64,000 nt of DNA from contig JBBRRY010000013.1 of NCBI GenBank assembly GCA_038245905.1, forward strand, positions 20,898 to 84,897. The letters run 5' to 3'. A program made the position numbers and the translations under genes. Below are positions 1 through 9,859 of this stretch, piece by piece (within the stretch, counting starts at the first letter, position 1; the number at the start of each line of letters is the position of its first letter). The notes under the pieces were generated by a model that worked only from the letters and a program-made list of their open reading frames with translations, was not told where the DNA came from and ran no database searches. Source of the DNA: Thermoanaerobaculia bacterium (GTDB lineage: Bacteria > Acidobacteriota > Thermoanaerobaculia > UBA5066).

Positions 1-1
1 G

Positions 2-310
2 CTCGGAACAGGGGCCTCGCCAAAGACAGGACAGACCTGCGTCATGCACTACACGGGCTGGCTCTTCGAGAACAAGACGAAGGGCAAGAAATTCGATAGC
101 TCGCTCGACCGCGGGCAGCCGTTCGAGTTTCCGATCGGACAAGGCCGCGTCATCCAGGGCTGGGACGAAGGCGTCGCCACGATGAAGGTCGGCGGAAAGC
201 GCACCCTCGTAATCCCGCCTTCCATCGGTTACGGGGCCCGGGGCGCTGGCGGCGTCATCCCGCCGAACGCGACTCTGCTCTTCGAGGTCGAGCTCCTCGG
301 CGTGAAGTAA
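2..310 (+). CDS. FKBP-type peptidyl-prolyl cis-trans isomerase (5' truncated by window edge)
   Basis: HYTGWL..G.KFDSS.DRG.PF.F.IG.G.VI.GWDEG and IPPNATL.FEVEL FKBP motifs; frame is open back to base 2 (LGTGASPKTGQTCVMHY). Confidence 0.95.
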   Translation, partial: LGTGASPKTGQTCVMHYTGWLFENKTKGKKFDSSLDRGQPFEFPIGQGRVIQGWDEGVATMKVGGKRTLVIPPSIGYGARGAGGVIPPNATLLFEVELLGVK

Positions 311-346
311 CCCTGCTTCCCCCCGGCTAGTGCAGGGGAATCAGGG
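311..346. terminator. GC-rich hairpin after the FKBP gene, possible terminator
   Basis: CCCTG-C-TTCCCC ... GGGGAA-T-CAGGG inverted repeat right after the stop codon, followed by TTT. Confidence 0.35.
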
Positions 347-405
347 TTTCCCGCCTGAAGTACTCCTAAATTACGCTTGCGGGGCTCTCCCCGCGGAGGG
401 TTTCC

Positions 406-1749
406 ATGCAGAGCCCCGTGAAGCGTGTCGTCATTCTTGGTGCCGCCGGCCGCGACTTCCACGACTTCAACACGGTTTTCCGCGACAAGCCGGACAACAA
501 GGTCGTCGCCTTCACGGCGACGCAGATTCCGGGAATCGACGCGCGCCGGTATCCCGCCGCGCTCGCGGGCTCCCTCTACCCGGACGGGATCCCGATCGTC
601 CCCGAGGACGGCCTCGAGGACCTCATCCGCAGGGAGAAGATCGACCTCTGCGTCTTCTCGTACTCGGACGTCGCACACACGCAGGTCATGCACATCGCCT
701 CGCGAGTGGTCGCGGCGGGCGCGGATTTCCTCCTCCTTGGCGCGGATCGGACGATGCTCAAGTCGAAGGTCCCCGTCATCGCCGTCACGGCGGTCCGCAC
801 CGGCGCGGGCAAGAGCCAGACGACGCGCTACCTCTCGCGCATCCTCAAGGAGCAGGGGCTCAAGGCGGTCGCCGTCCGCCACCCGATGCCCTACGGCGAC
901 CTTGCGGCACAGGCCTGTCAACGCTTCGCGACCTACGCGGACCTCGACAAGGAGAAGTGCACGATCGAGGAGCGCGAGGAGTACGAGCCCCACCTCGACA
1001 ACGGTTTCGTCGTCTACGCGGGCGTCGACTACGAGAAGATCCTCCGCCGTGCGGAGGCCGAGGCCGACGTGATCCTCTGGGACGGCGGGAACAACGACCT
1101 GCCGTTCTACGTTCCCGACCTCCACATCTGCATCGCGGACCCGCACCGGCCCGGCCACGAGACCGCGTACCACCCCGGCGAGGCAAACTTCCGTCGCGCC
1201 GACGTCATCCTCATCAACAAGTGCGATACGGCCGACGAGGGCAACATCCACGCGGTCGAGTTGGCGGCCGCGAAGCTGAATCCGAAGGCGAGGGTCCTGC
1301 GCGCGGACTCGCCGGTCGTCTGCGAGCACCCCGAGCTCGTCCGCGGCAAGCGGGCTCTGGTCGTCGAGGACGGCCCGACGCTCACCCACGGAGGCATGAG
1401 CTTCGGTGCCGGCCTCGTGGCGGCGAAGAAGGCCGGCGCAGCGCAGATCGTCGACCCGCAGCCTTACGCGGTCGGCTCGATCGAGGCGACGTACCGGAAG
1501 TACCCGAACGCGGCGGGGATCCTGCCCGCGATGGGCTACAGCGACACGCAGGTGGCCGAGCTCGCCGAGACGATCGCCCGGACGCCGTGTGACGTCGTCG
1601 TCGTCGGGACGCCGATCGATTTGACCCGCGTCGTCAAGCTTTCGAAGCAGGCCGTGCGTGTGCACTACGAGCTCCGGGAAATCCAGCCGGGCCGTCTCGC
1701 GGAAGAGCTCGCGAGGGTCGTCCCGGTCGCGGCCGGAGGAGTGCGGTAG
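406..1749 (+). CDS. Cyclic 2,3-diphosphoglycerate synthase-like P-loop protein (COG2403 predicted GTPase)
   Basis: GAAGRDFH N-terminus, RTGAGKS P-loop, EEREEYE, WDGGNND and EDGPTLTHGGM motifs; GGAGG upstream. Confidence 0.85.
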   Translation: MQSPVKRVVILGAAGRDFHDFNTVFRDKPDNKVVAFTATQIPGIDARRYPAALAGSLYPDGIPIVPEDGLEDLIRREKIDLCVFSYSDVAHTQVMHIASRVVAAGADFLLLGADRTMLKSKVPVIAVTAVRTGAGKSQTTRYLSRILKEQGLKAVAVRHPMPYGDLAAQACQRFATYADLDKEKCTIEEREEYEPHLDNGFVVYAGVDYEKILRRAEAEADVILWDGGNNDLPFYVPDLHICIADPHRPGHETAYHPGEANFRRADVILINKCDTADEGNIHAVELAAAKLNPKARVLRADSPVVCEHPELVRGKRALVVEDGPTLTHGGMSFGAGLVAAKKAGAAQIVDPQPYAVGSIEATYRKYPNAAGILPAMGYSDTQVAELAETIARTPCDVVVVGTPIDLTRVVKLSKQAVRVHYELREIQPGRLAEELARVVPVAAGGVR

Positions 1750-1772
1750 CCGTTACTTTATAGTCCCGCGCG

Positions 1773-2210
1773 ATGCTTCTCCTTTCCCGCACGATCCATT
1801 TCAATGCGGCCCACCGCCTTTTCAATACGCAGAAGAGCGAAGAGTGGAACCGCGCGACGTACGGGGACGCCTCGAATCTCGCGGGCTACGGGCACAACTA
1901 CACGCTCGATGTGTCCGTGGCGGGCGCCCCAGATGCGGAGTCGTCGATGATCGTGAACCTCACGGACCTCGATCGCATCCTCAAAGAGGAGGTCGATCGG
2001 CCGCTCGACCACCACAACCTGAATCACGAGATCCCCGAGTTCCGGACGCGCGTTCCCACGGCCGAGAATCTCGCGCGGTGGATCTGGGAGCGCGTCGCAG
2101 CGCGCATCGAAAAGGAGCGCTGGCCCTGCCGGCTCGCGGCGTTGAAGCTCACCGTCACGCCCACGTTTTCGGTCGAATTGGTTTCGGAAGGGAAAGAGAA
2201 GACTTCTTAG
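1773..2210 (+). CDS. 6-pyruvoyl/6-carboxy-tetrahydropterin synthase (QueD/PTPS) family protein with degenerate active site
   Basis: F.AAHRL, GHNY, LDH..LN and PTAEN motifs; Cys and first His of the Cx..HGH motif are absent. Confidence 0.8.
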   Translation: MLLLSRTIHFNAAHRLFNTQKSEEWNRATYGDASNLAGYGHNYTLDVSVAGAPDAESSMIVNLTDLDRILKEEVDRPLDHHNLNHEIPEFRTRVPTAENLARWIWERVAARIEKERWPCRLAALKLTVTPTFSVELVSEGKEKTS

Positions 2211-3025
2211 AAGGGGTGCCTTCTTCTCTCTCTCTTCCGAAAACTCAAATGTTCTTTTGCGCCTGCGACGCGTGCCGCGACCTCGATCGCCTCGCGCCCC
2301 CACGCGACCTCAGCTGGAGCGTGGGCGTCGGACGAGAAGACGATCGGGACGCCTGCCGCGACGAGGCTCCTGAGGAGCGGGGGAGCGGGGTACTCCTCGC
2401 CGACGGCCTTCCGGAGGCCGGCGCTCGAGACCTCGATGGCCACGCCTGCCCGCCGCGTGGCGTCGACCGCCGCGGCCTCCGCGTCGGCGACCTCATGCGG
2501 CATCCGGTGGCCGAACTTCTTCGGGAGGTCGAAGTGCGTGAGGACGTCGAAGAGGCCCGTCGCGGCGGCCTTGCCGATCAGTCGGTAGTACTCGCGCCAG
2601 AGCGTCGCCGTGCCTTCACGTTCATGCCGCGCCCCGGACCCTGGCGCGTCGATCCAGTCGCCCGCGACCCAGTGGACCGACCCGAGGACGACGTCCCAGT
2701 CGTGGGCGCGGAGGATCTCCTCGAGGGCGGCCTCGTGGCCCACGGCGTAGTCGGCCTCGAGGCCGAGGAGCACGTCGATCCGGCCCGCGAACTCCTCGCG
2801 AAGCGCGCGGACTTCCTCAACGTAGCCGGGCAGCTCGGCGCGGGTCATCGCAATGCAAGGATCGGGATCTTCGCCGGGCAGAAAATACAGGGGAATGTGA
2901 TCCGTGAAGGCAATCTCCGACAGTCCGCGGGAGAGTGCCGCGATAACGTATTCCCGCGTGGCGCCGCCGGCGTGGCCGCAGCGCGCCGTGTGGACGTGGT
3001 AATCCGTCTGGTACGCGTCCTGCAT
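2207..3025 (-). CDS. PHP-family histidinol-phosphatase (HisJ-like); start could be 3037/3040
   Basis: DYHVHT..CGHA, FTDH, GLEADY, GSVHW, THFDL and SSDAH PHP motifs. Confidence 0.85.
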   Translation of the reverse strand: MQDAYQTDYHVHTARCGHAGGATREYVIAALSRGLSEIAFTDHIPLYFLPGEDPDPCIAMTRAELPGYVEEVRALREEFAGRIDVLLGLEADYAVGHEAALEEILRAHDWDVVLGSVHWVAGDWIDAPGSGARHEREGTATLWREYYRLIGKAAATGLFDVLTHFDLPKKFGHRMPHEVADAEAAAVDATRRAGVAIEVSSAGLRKAVGEEYPAPPLLRSLVAAGVPIVFSSDAHAPAEVAWGREAIEVAARVAGAKEHLSFRKRERRRHPF

Positions 3026-3086
3026 TACTTCCGGCATCATCGACGAACCGCCCGTCGAGTGTAGTCTTTGGGGCAGAGGGGATGAC

Positions 3087-3680
3087 ATGGCGATCCGGAT
3101 CAACCGCGTTTACACCCGGGGAGGCGATTCCGGCGAGACGAGCCTCGTGGGAGGACAGCGGATCGCGAAGGACGCGATCCGCATCGAGAGTTACGGGACC
3201 GTGGACGAGCTCAACGCCATTCTCGGGCTCGCGCGGACCGCGAACCGCGAGACCTCCGGCGCGTCCGACACGGACCGCGAGCGCCTCGACGCGCTGCTCA
3301 CGAAGATTCAGAACGAGCTCTTCAATCTGGGGTCGGACCTCGCCACCCTGCCGCAGGATCGCCATCCGAAGCAACCCGTCATCGAGGCGCGCCACGTGAC
3401 GTTTCTCGAGAGCACGATCGACGACCTGAATGCCACGCTGCCGGAGCTCCGGTCGTTCGTTCTGCCTGGCGGCGGCTGGGTCTCCGCGTTCCTCCACCAG
3501 GCCCGGACGGTCTGCCGGCGCGCCGAACGCCTCGTCACGACGCTTGCGCGGCAGGAGGCGACCGGCGCGTACGCGCTCGTCTACCTCAACCGCCTCTCGG
3601 ACCTTCTCTTCGTCCTCGGCCGGTGGGCCGCGCGCGCGCGCCGCGAGACCGAGCCGCTCTGGGAGCCGGAACGGGCTTGA
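3087..3680 (+). CDS. ATP:cob(I)alamin adenosyltransferase, PduO type
   Basis: [35 protein letters not shown] and YLNRLSD.LF motifs. Confidence 0.93.
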   Translation: MAIRINRVYTRGGDSGETSLVGGQRIAKDAIRIESYGTVDELNAILGLARTANRETSGASDTDRERLDALLTKIQNELFNLGSDLATLPQDRHPKQPVIEARHVTFLESTIDDLNATLPELRSFVLPGGGWVSAFLHQARTVCRRAERLVTTLARQEATGAYALVYLNRLSDLLFVLGRWAARARRETEPLWEPERA

Positions 3681-5230
3681 CTCGCCTCGTACGCGCCGGT
3701 TTCGCCGGCCTCGTCGCCGCCTTCGCCGGGGGCCATCTCGCCGCGCAGGAGCGCCCGGCCATCTCGACGGTCGAGATCCGCCAGACGGACGTCTTCTCGG
3801 ACGAAGAGGCAGCGAAGTTCTTCCTCTACCGTTGGGCGAACGCGCTCCACATCACGACGAAGCTGTCCTTCGTCGAGAGCCAGCTCCTCTTCAAGCCGGG
3901 CGACCCGCTGCGCCCCGAGATCCTCGCGGAGACCGAGCGCAACCTCCGCGCCGTCGGGCTGTTCCGGAAGGCGTACGTGCGGGCCGAGGGGACGCGCGTC
4001 GTCGTCGAGACGGCGGACACGTGGACGCTCCTCCTGCGCGGCTCCCTCTCGAACAAGGGCGGTGTCACGGAGTACTCGATCGGAGCCGAGGAGTACAACC
4101 TCCTCGGCCTCGGGATGCAGTTCGGGTTCGGTTACGAGAAGGAAGTCGACCGCTCCTCGCGCTCGGTCTTCTTCGTGAACCCGAATCTCCTCGCGCCGCA
4201 CGCCGTCTTCCGGATAGATGCCTCCGACCTCTCGGACGGCCAGCGGTTCTCGGTCGCGTACGGGCGTCCGTTCTACGCGCTCGCGGTCCCGTGGGCCCTC
4301 GAGGGACTCCTCAACCGTTCGGACTCCAACACGAAGCTGTACGCCGGAGGGGAGGAGTCCGCGACCTGGCAGAAGCGCCAGCGGATCGCGCGCCTCTCGG
4401 GGGGCGCGCTCCTGTCCGGCGAGGCGAACGGCGCCAACCGCCTTCTCGGATCGATCGACTGGAACGAGGTGCGCCTGACCGCGGGAACCGGCCCGCCGCC
4501 ACCCGCCGGCCCGCTTTCGAACCGCCGATATCTGTTTTTCTCCGGCGGCTTCGAGCACGTCGGGTCGGAGTGGATCACTCGCCGCCAGGTCGACAAGCTC
4601 GAGCGGGACGAGGACTTCAACCTCTCGACGGGCCTGCGCGTCGAGGCCGGAGTCTCGCCGGCCTTCGACGACAACGGCGCCGCGGGCCGTCTCGCCGCGA
4701 CTTTGTTTTCGGGCACGTCGTTCCCGAAGGGATTCGCGCTCTTCACCGCGACGGGCTCGACTCGGCTCGAGAGCGGCATTCGAAACGCTCTCTTCGGGGC
4801 GGACGCCCGCGGATATGTCCAGGAGGGCGCGTTTACGATCGAGGGCCGGATCGGGACGCTCGTCGGCTGGCACCTCGACCCCGAGGTACAGATTCCCCTC
4901 GACGGGACAACGGGCGTCCGCGGATACCGCCTCAACGCCGTCGAGGGCGACCGCCGCCTCGTCGCGAACGCCGAGGTGCGCGTCTTTCTCGTCCCCGAGA
5001 CCTGGTCGCTTCTTTCGTTCGGCCTGGCGGCGTTCGGCGATGTCGGGTACTCGTGGGGGCAGCCGGACGTCTTCTGGCACCTTGCGGACGCCGGTCTCGG
5101 CCTGAGGATCGGGATCACGCGCGCGAGCAAGAACAATCTCGTGCGGATAGACGTCGCACGGGTCCTCCATCCGGACCCGCAGGGTCGGACCGGGTGGCTC
5201 GTGTCGTTCTCGTCCGGACAGGCCTTCTAG
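3677..5230 (+). CDS. Omp85/BamA-TamA family outer-membrane protein (POTRA plus beta-barrel)
   Basis: TTG start overlaps upstream TGA; signal peptide; ETERNLR..GLF POTRA; E.NLLG.G; VRGY motif; C-terminal GQAF. Confidence 0.75.
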   Translation: MTRLVRAGFAGLVAAFAGGHLAAQERPAISTVEIRQTDVFSDEEAAKFFLYRWANALHITTKLSFVESQLLFKPGDPLRPEILAETERNLRAVGLFRKAYVRAEGTRVVVETADTWTLLLRGSLSNKGGVTEYSIGAEEYNLLGLGMQFGFGYEKEVDRSSRSVFFVNPNLLAPHAVFRIDASDLSDGQRFSVAYGRPFYALAVPWALEGLLNRSDSNTKLYAGGEESATWQKRQRIARLSGGALLSGEANGANRLLGSIDWNEVRLTAGTGPPPPAGPLSNRRYLFFSGGFEHVGSEWITRRQVDKLERDEDFNLSTGLRVEAGVSPAFDDNGAAGRLAATLFSGTSFPKGFALFTATGSTRLESGIRNALFGADARGYVQEGAFTIEGRIGTLVGWHLDPEVQIPLDGTTGVRGYRLNAVEGDRRLVANAEVRVFLVPETWSLLSFGLAAFGDVGYSWGQPDVFWHLADAGLGLRIGITRASKNNLVRIDVARVLHPDPQGRTGWLVSFSSGQAF

Positions 5231-5245
5231 CCGGCCCTCAGGCGT

Positions 5246-6193
5246 TCAGTGGATGCCGTGCTCGGCGAGCCAGCGTTCGGCGTCGATGGCCGCCTTGCAG
5301 CCTTCTCCCGCCGCCGAGACCGCCTGCCGGTAAATGAAGTCGGCGACATCGCCTGCCGCGAAGATGCCGTCGACCGACGTCTTCGTCGAGGGGTGCCGGA
5401 TCAGCAGGTAGCCGACGTCGTTCATCTCGAGCTTTCCCTTGAAAAGTCCGGTGTTCGGCTGGTGGCCGATCGCGGCGAAGTAGCCGGAGACGTTCAGCGT
5501 CCTTGTTTCGCCGGTCTTCGTGCTTTTCACGCGCACGCCCTTCACGCCCGTGGCGGGCTCACCGAGGATCTCCTCGACGACCGTGTCGAGGAGGACCTCG
5601 ACTTTCGGGTTCAGGAGCGCGCGTTGGACCATGATCTTCGACGCGCGGAATTCGCTCCGGCGGTGGACGAGATACACCTTCGTGCAGAACTTCGTGAGGA
5701 ACGTCGCCTCCTCCATCGCCGTGTCGCCGCCGCCCACGACGACGACCTCCTTCCCGCGGAAGAAGAAACCGTCGCACGTCGCGCAGGCCGAGACGCCGTA
5801 GCCTAGTAGCTTTTTTTCGCTCTCGAGGCCGAGGTACTTGGCGGACGCGCCGGAAGCGACGATGACGGCGTCGGCCGTGATCCGGCCGGCCGATTCGAGA
5901 GTCAGGGTGAAGGGTCTCGACGCCACGTCGACCTCCGTGACGGTGTCGACGACGATCTCCGTGCCGAATCGCTGCGCCTGCTTGCGGGTGACGTCCATGA
6001 GCACCGGCCCCTGGATGCCATGCTCGAAGCCGGGAAAGTTTTCGACCTCGGTCGTCGTCGTGAGCTGGCCGCCGGGCTCCATTCCCTCGATGACGAGGGG
6101 CTCGAGGTTCGCGCGCGAAGCGTAGATGGCGGCCGTGAGACCGGCGGGGCCGGATCCGATGATCGCGACCTTGTAGTGAGTCTTTGCGGGCAT
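5246..6193 (-). CDS. trxB: Thioredoxin-disulfide reductase
   Basis: GSGPAG, VENFPG, CATCDG, GGGDTAMEE, HRR and AGDV...YRQA motifs. Confidence 0.97.
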   Translation of the reverse strand: MPAKTHYKVAIIGSGPAGLTAAIYASRANLEPLVIEGMEPGGQLTTTTEVENFPGFEHGIQGPVLMDVTRKQAQRFGTEIVVDTVTEVDVASRPFTLTLESAGRITADAVIVASGASAKYLGLESEKKLLGYGVSACATCDGFFFRGKEVVVVGGGDTAMEEATFLTKFCTKVYLVHRRSEFRASKIMVQRALLNPKVEVLLDTVVEEILGEPATGVKGVRVKSTKTGETRTLNVSGYFAAIGHQPNTGLFKGKLEMNDVGYLLIRHPSTKTSVDGIFAAGDVADFIYRQAVSAAGEGCKAAIDAERWLAEHGIH

Positions 6194-6203
6194 GGCCCCG
6201 AGG

Positions 6204-6794
6204 TTACTTCGCGTGAGCGAAGTACTCCTTCGCGCTTTCGCGGTCTCCGGACTTCATGGACCTTGCACCGGGCTTCCAATCGGCGGGGCAGAGCTCGCCG
6301 TTGTCGCGCACATTCTGGAACGCCTGCAGGACGCGCAGTGTCTCGTCCACCGAGCGGCCGACGGACGTGTTGTTGATCGTCGCGTGCTGGACGACACCGT
6401 CCGGGTCGATGATGAAGAGCCCGCGCAGCGCGATCAAGCCGGCCTCGTCGAGGACGCCGTACTCCTCGGCGAGCTCCTTGCCGAGGTCCTCGAGGAGCGG
6501 GTACGCGAGGCCCTTGATGCCGCCTTCTTCACGCGGCTTCTCCGTCCACGCGAGATGGCTGTACCTGGAGTCCACGGAGGCTCCGAGCACCTCGGTGCCG
6601 GCCTTCTTGAACTCGCCGAGCCGGTCGGAAAACGCGAGGATCTCGGTCGGACACACGAAGGTGAAGTCGAGAGGGTAGAAGAACAGTACGACCCACTTCC
6701 CCTTGTAGTCGGCGAGGCGGTAGGTGTGGAACTTTCCGTTCAGGACGCCCTCGAGGGCGAAGTCGGGAGCCTTGCGGCCGACGATCTGGGTCAT
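6204..6794 (-). CDS. 2-Cys peroxiredoxin (AhpC/Prx1)
   Basis: [14 protein letters not shown] peroxidatic motif; ELCPADW resolving Cys. Confidence 0.95.
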   Translation of the reverse strand: MTQIVGRKAPDFALEGVLNGKFHTYRLADYKGKWVVLFFYPLDFTFVCPTEILAFSDRLGEFKKAGTEVLGASVDSRYSHLAWTEKPREEGGIKGLAYPLLEDLGKELAEEYGVLDEAGLIALRGLFIIDPDGVVQHATINNTSVGRSVDETLRVLQAFQNVRDNGELCPADWKPGARSMKSGDRESAKEYFAHAK

Positions 6795-6860
6795 GGAAAT
6801 TCTCCTTATAGAGCTCGTATCTTTACAGGCAGGGATTGTGTCCCGTCTGGAAAAGCTAGT

Positions 6861-6875
6861 TTAGACTAAGTCTAT
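6861..6875. promoter_or_regulatory. PerR/Fur-family box 1
   Basis: TTAGACT-A-AGTCTAT, 7-1-7 palindrome between divergent peroxiredoxin and rubrerythrin genes. Confidence 0.65.
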
Positions 6876-6903
6876 TTACTTGTCCAGCCGCCTTGATTCT
6901 TGT

Positions 6904-6918
6904 TTATATTCAGTCTAA
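6904..6918. promoter_or_regulatory. PerR/Fur-family box 2
   Basis: TTATATT-C-AGTCTAA; resembles box 1 and the PerR consensus TTATAATnATTATAA. Confidence 0.6.
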
Positions 6919-6950
6919 GTTAGGGAGAGTCACATTAGTAAGGAGGGCCC

Positions 6951-7370
6951 ATGGCCGAACTCAAGGGAACCAAGACGCACGAGAACCTCAAACACGCGTT
7001 CGCGGGCGAGAGCCAGGCGAACCGCCGCTACCTCTATTTCGCCGACAAGGCCGACATCGAAGGCTATCCGGAGATCGCGGGCAACTTCCGCGACACGGCG
7101 GAGGGTGAGACGGGCCACGCGCACGGGCACATGGACTACCTGAAGCCCGCGGGCGACCCCGCCACGGGCCTTCCGTTCGGATCGACGTCTCTGAATCTCA
7201 AGAGCGCGATAGAGGGCGAGACCTACGAGTACACGCAGATGTACCCCGGTTTCGCGAAGACCGCCCGCGAGGAGGGCTTCGCCGAGGTCGCCGACTGGTT
7301 CGAGACGCTCGCGCGCGCCGAGAAGTCGCACGCGAACCGCTTCTCGAAGCTCCTCACGACGATCGGCTGA
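6951..7370 (+). CDS. Rubrerythrin (short form lacking the rubredoxin domain)
   Basis: [30 protein letters not shown] and AEKSHA diiron motifs; AAGGAGG RBS. Confidence 0.93.
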   Translation: MAELKGTKTHENLKHAFAGESQANRRYLYFADKADIEGYPEIAGNFRDTAEGETGHAHGHMDYLKPAGDPATGLPFGSTSLNLKSAIEGETYEYTQMYPGFAKTAREEGFAEVADWFETLARAEKSHANRFSKLLTTIG

Positions 7371-7394
7371 AGACCCCGCCTCACTCACCACCAC

Positions 7395-8672
7395 ATGGGT
7401 GCCGTAGGACCTCCGATCGCCGTCAAGGACTCGGCCTCCCTGTCTGCCGAGCTCACACGCATCGCCGACATCTGCCACGGGTGCCGGCGGTGCTTCTCGC
7501 TCTGCCCGTCTTTCGAGGTCCTGTTCAAGGGTCTCGACGTGCCGGAAGTGGACGGCGAGGCAGACAAGCTGCCGAAAAAGGTCCTCGACGATTTCGTGGA
7601 CCTCTGCTACGAGTGCAAGCTCTGCCTGCCGCACTGCCCGTACATTCCGCCACATCGCTGGGCGGTGGACGTTCCCCATCTCGTCCTCGAGTCGCGCCAC
7701 GTGCGGATGCAGGAAACGGGGCTGCGGCTGCGCGAGCGGCTCCTCTCGAACCCGGACGCGCTCGGCCGGATGTCTTCGCCCGTCGCACCCGTCGCGAACT
7801 TCATGAACACCCTGCCCCTCGCGCGGTGGGCGATGGAGAAGACGCTCGGCGTCTCCGCGAAGAAGGACCTCCCCCGTTTCGTCTGGCAGACCTTCACGCG
7901 CTGGTTCGAGACGCGCGAGGCGCCGAGACTCACGGCGCCGCCGGCCGCGAAGGTCGTCCTCTTCCCGACCTGCTCCGTCGAGTGGAACCGGCCCGAGATC
8001 GGGCAGGCTGCCGTCGCCGTGCTCGAGAAGAACGGTGTCGAGGTCGCCGTCGCGTACCCGCTGTGCTGCGGGATGCCGCTTTTTGACGTCGGCGACATCG
8101 CGGGCGCCGACGAGGCGCGCCGGACGTTCGTCGCGGCGATGAAGGACTGGGTCCTGAAGGGCTACACGATCGTGACGCCCGGCCCGTCCTGCTCGCTCAT
8201 GGTCAAGAAGGAGTACCCGTGGCTCGCGGCCCGGAGCGGCGCGCCCGACGCGGACACGGCGCTCGTAGCGAAGGCCACGCGCGACCTCTTCGAATTCCTC
8301 GCCGAGCTCAGGGCGAAGGGCCTCCTCGCGCTGGACTTCCCGAAGGCGCCGAAGTCGATCGCTTACCACCTCCCGTGCCACCTCAAGGTCCAGAACATGG
8401 GCTACAAGTCGCGCGACATCCTTGCAGCCACGGGAGCGGTGGTGACGATGGTCGAGAAGTGCTCGGGCCACGACGGGACGTGGGCGATGAAGACGGAGTA
8501 TTTCGACGAGTCCATGAAGGTCGGACAGAAGCTCTTCGACGGGCTCGCAGCGGCTCAGGCCGACGTGATCGCGTCGGACTGCGCGCTCGCGGGTGTCCAG
8601 ATCCACCAGGGGATGAACATTCCGGTGAAGCACCCGATCGAAGTGCTCCGGGACGCTTACGGGCTCGCATGA
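7395..8672 (+). CDS. Fe-S oxidoreductase (GlpC/HdrD-like: 4Fe-4S dicluster plus CCG domains)
   Basis: CHGCRRCFSLC and CYECKLCLPHCP; CCGMP, PSC, YHLPCHL and CSGHDG motifs. Confidence 0.88.
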   Translation: MGAVGPPIAVKDSASLSAELTRIADICHGCRRCFSLCPSFEVLFKGLDVPEVDGEADKLPKKVLDDFVDLCYECKLCLPHCPYIPPHRWAVDVPHLVLESRHVRMQETGLRLRERLLSNPDALGRMSSPVAPVANFMNTLPLARWAMEKTLGVSAKKDLPRFVWQTFTRWFETREAPRLTAPPAAKVVLFPTCSVEWNRPEIGQAAVAVLEKNGVEVAVAYPLCCGMPLFDVGDIAGADEARRTFVAAMKDWVLKGYTIVTPGPSCSLMVKKEYPWLAARSGAPDADTALVAKATRDLFEFLAELRAKGLLALDFPKAPKSIAYHLPCHLKVQNMGYKSRDILAATGAVVTMVEKCSGHDGTWAMKTEYFDESMKVGQKLFDGLAAAQADVIASDCALAGVQIHQGMNIPVKHPIEVLRDAYGLA

Positions 8673-9259
8673 AGAAAGTCACGCTCCTGGACGTCAAGAA
8701 CCTGCACGAGTACGAGCTCATCCGCGACGACTGGCGGAAGGACATCATCGCCGTGAAGGCGAAGCGGCGCGTCCTCCTCGGGGACATCATGTCGCTCGTA
8801 TTCGAGAACCGTCTCACGGTCCTGAACCAGGTTCAGGAGATGTGCCGGGTCGAGCGCCTCGCGAAACCCGAGGCCGTTCAGAAGGAAATCGACGTCTACA
8901 ACGACCTCGTGCCCGACCCAGGCGAGCTCTCGGCCACGCTGCTCGTCGAGATCACCGAGGAAACCGACATCCAGCCGCGGCTCGACGGGCTCGTCGGCCT
9001 TTCGTCGGGTCGCCACGTCTGGCTCGAGTTGAACGGCCGAAAGATCTTCGCGCGCTTCCTCGAGGGGCAGGGGCGCGAGGATCGGATCGCGGCTGTGCAG
9101 TACCTGAGGTTCCCGATCGGAGAGGACCCGCTCGACCGCCAGGCGCTCGAGTCGGGGCCGGCCTCCGTGATCCTCTTTGCCGACCATCCGGGCTATCGGG
9201 CCAGCGCCGTCCTTTCGCCCGCCATGCGCGCAGAGATTGCCCGCGACCTCGTCGACTGA
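8669..9259 (+). CDS. DUF3501 family protein
   Basis: ATGA overlap; EYE..R, RRV.LG, FENR.TV..QVQEM.R.E and YN.L.P..GELSATL; usual rubrerythrin-operon partner. Confidence 0.82.
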   Translation: MKKVTLLDVKNLHEYELIRDDWRKDIIAVKAKRRVLLGDIMSLVFENRLTVLNQVQEMCRVERLAKPEAVQKEIDVYNDLVPDPGELSATLLVEITEETDIQPRLDGLVGLSSGRHVWLELNGRKIFARFLEGQGREDRIAAVQYLRFPIGEDPLDRQALESGPASVILFADHPGYRASAVLSPAMRAEIARDLVD

Positions 9260-9289
9260 GGCCGTTTCGAAGCCGAATAGAATCCGCCC

Positions 9290-9781
9290 GTGCTCATTCA
9301 TCTTCTCCGCCACGCCGAAGCCGAGGACGTTTCGCCCACCGGAAGAGACGCGGATCGCCGTCTGACCGAGGACGGGAGGAAGCGCATGCGGTTGGTGGCG
9401 AAGGCGATCGCGAAGCTGGAGCCTGGCTACGAAGCCGTGCTCGTTTCGCCTCTCGTGCGGGCCCGGGAGACGGCAGAGCCGGTCGCGGCGGCCTGCGGAT
9501 TGGGGCGCCCGATCACGGAAACGAAGAATCTCTCCCCGAATGCCGACCCCGTCGAGGTCCTCCACGAGCTCGCCCGCCTTGGGTTAGCGTCGGTTCTCCT
9601 CGTCGGGCATCAGCCCCATCTGGGCCGGCTTGCGGGGCTGCTCCTGTCGGGTCGCTCCGACCTCGAAGTCCCGATGAAGAAGGCGGCTCTGGCGGCCTTC
9701 GAGGCTTCCGCCGACCCGACTCTCGGGCTGGCCGAACTGAAGTTCCTGCTTCCCCCGCGCCTCATGGAAAAGCTTCCATAG
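9290..9781 (+). CDS. sixA: Phosphohistidine phosphatase SixA
   Basis: LLRHAEA, D..R.LT..G, SPL.RA.ETA and VGHQP motifs. Confidence 0.88.
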   Translation: MLIHLLRHAEAEDVSPTGRDADRRLTEDGRKRMRLVAKAIAKLEPGYEAVLVSPLVRARETAEPVAAACGLGRPITETKNLSPNADPVEVLHELARLGLASVLLVGHQPHLGRLAGLLLSGRSDLEVPMKKAALAAFEASADPTLGLAELKFLLPPRLMEKLP

Positions 9782-9859
9782 TCATGAGTTACGGCACAAG
9801 TCGATTATTCTTGACTCGTTCCTGATAGGATCTTGGGTCCTTGGAGGATCGATTTTTCT

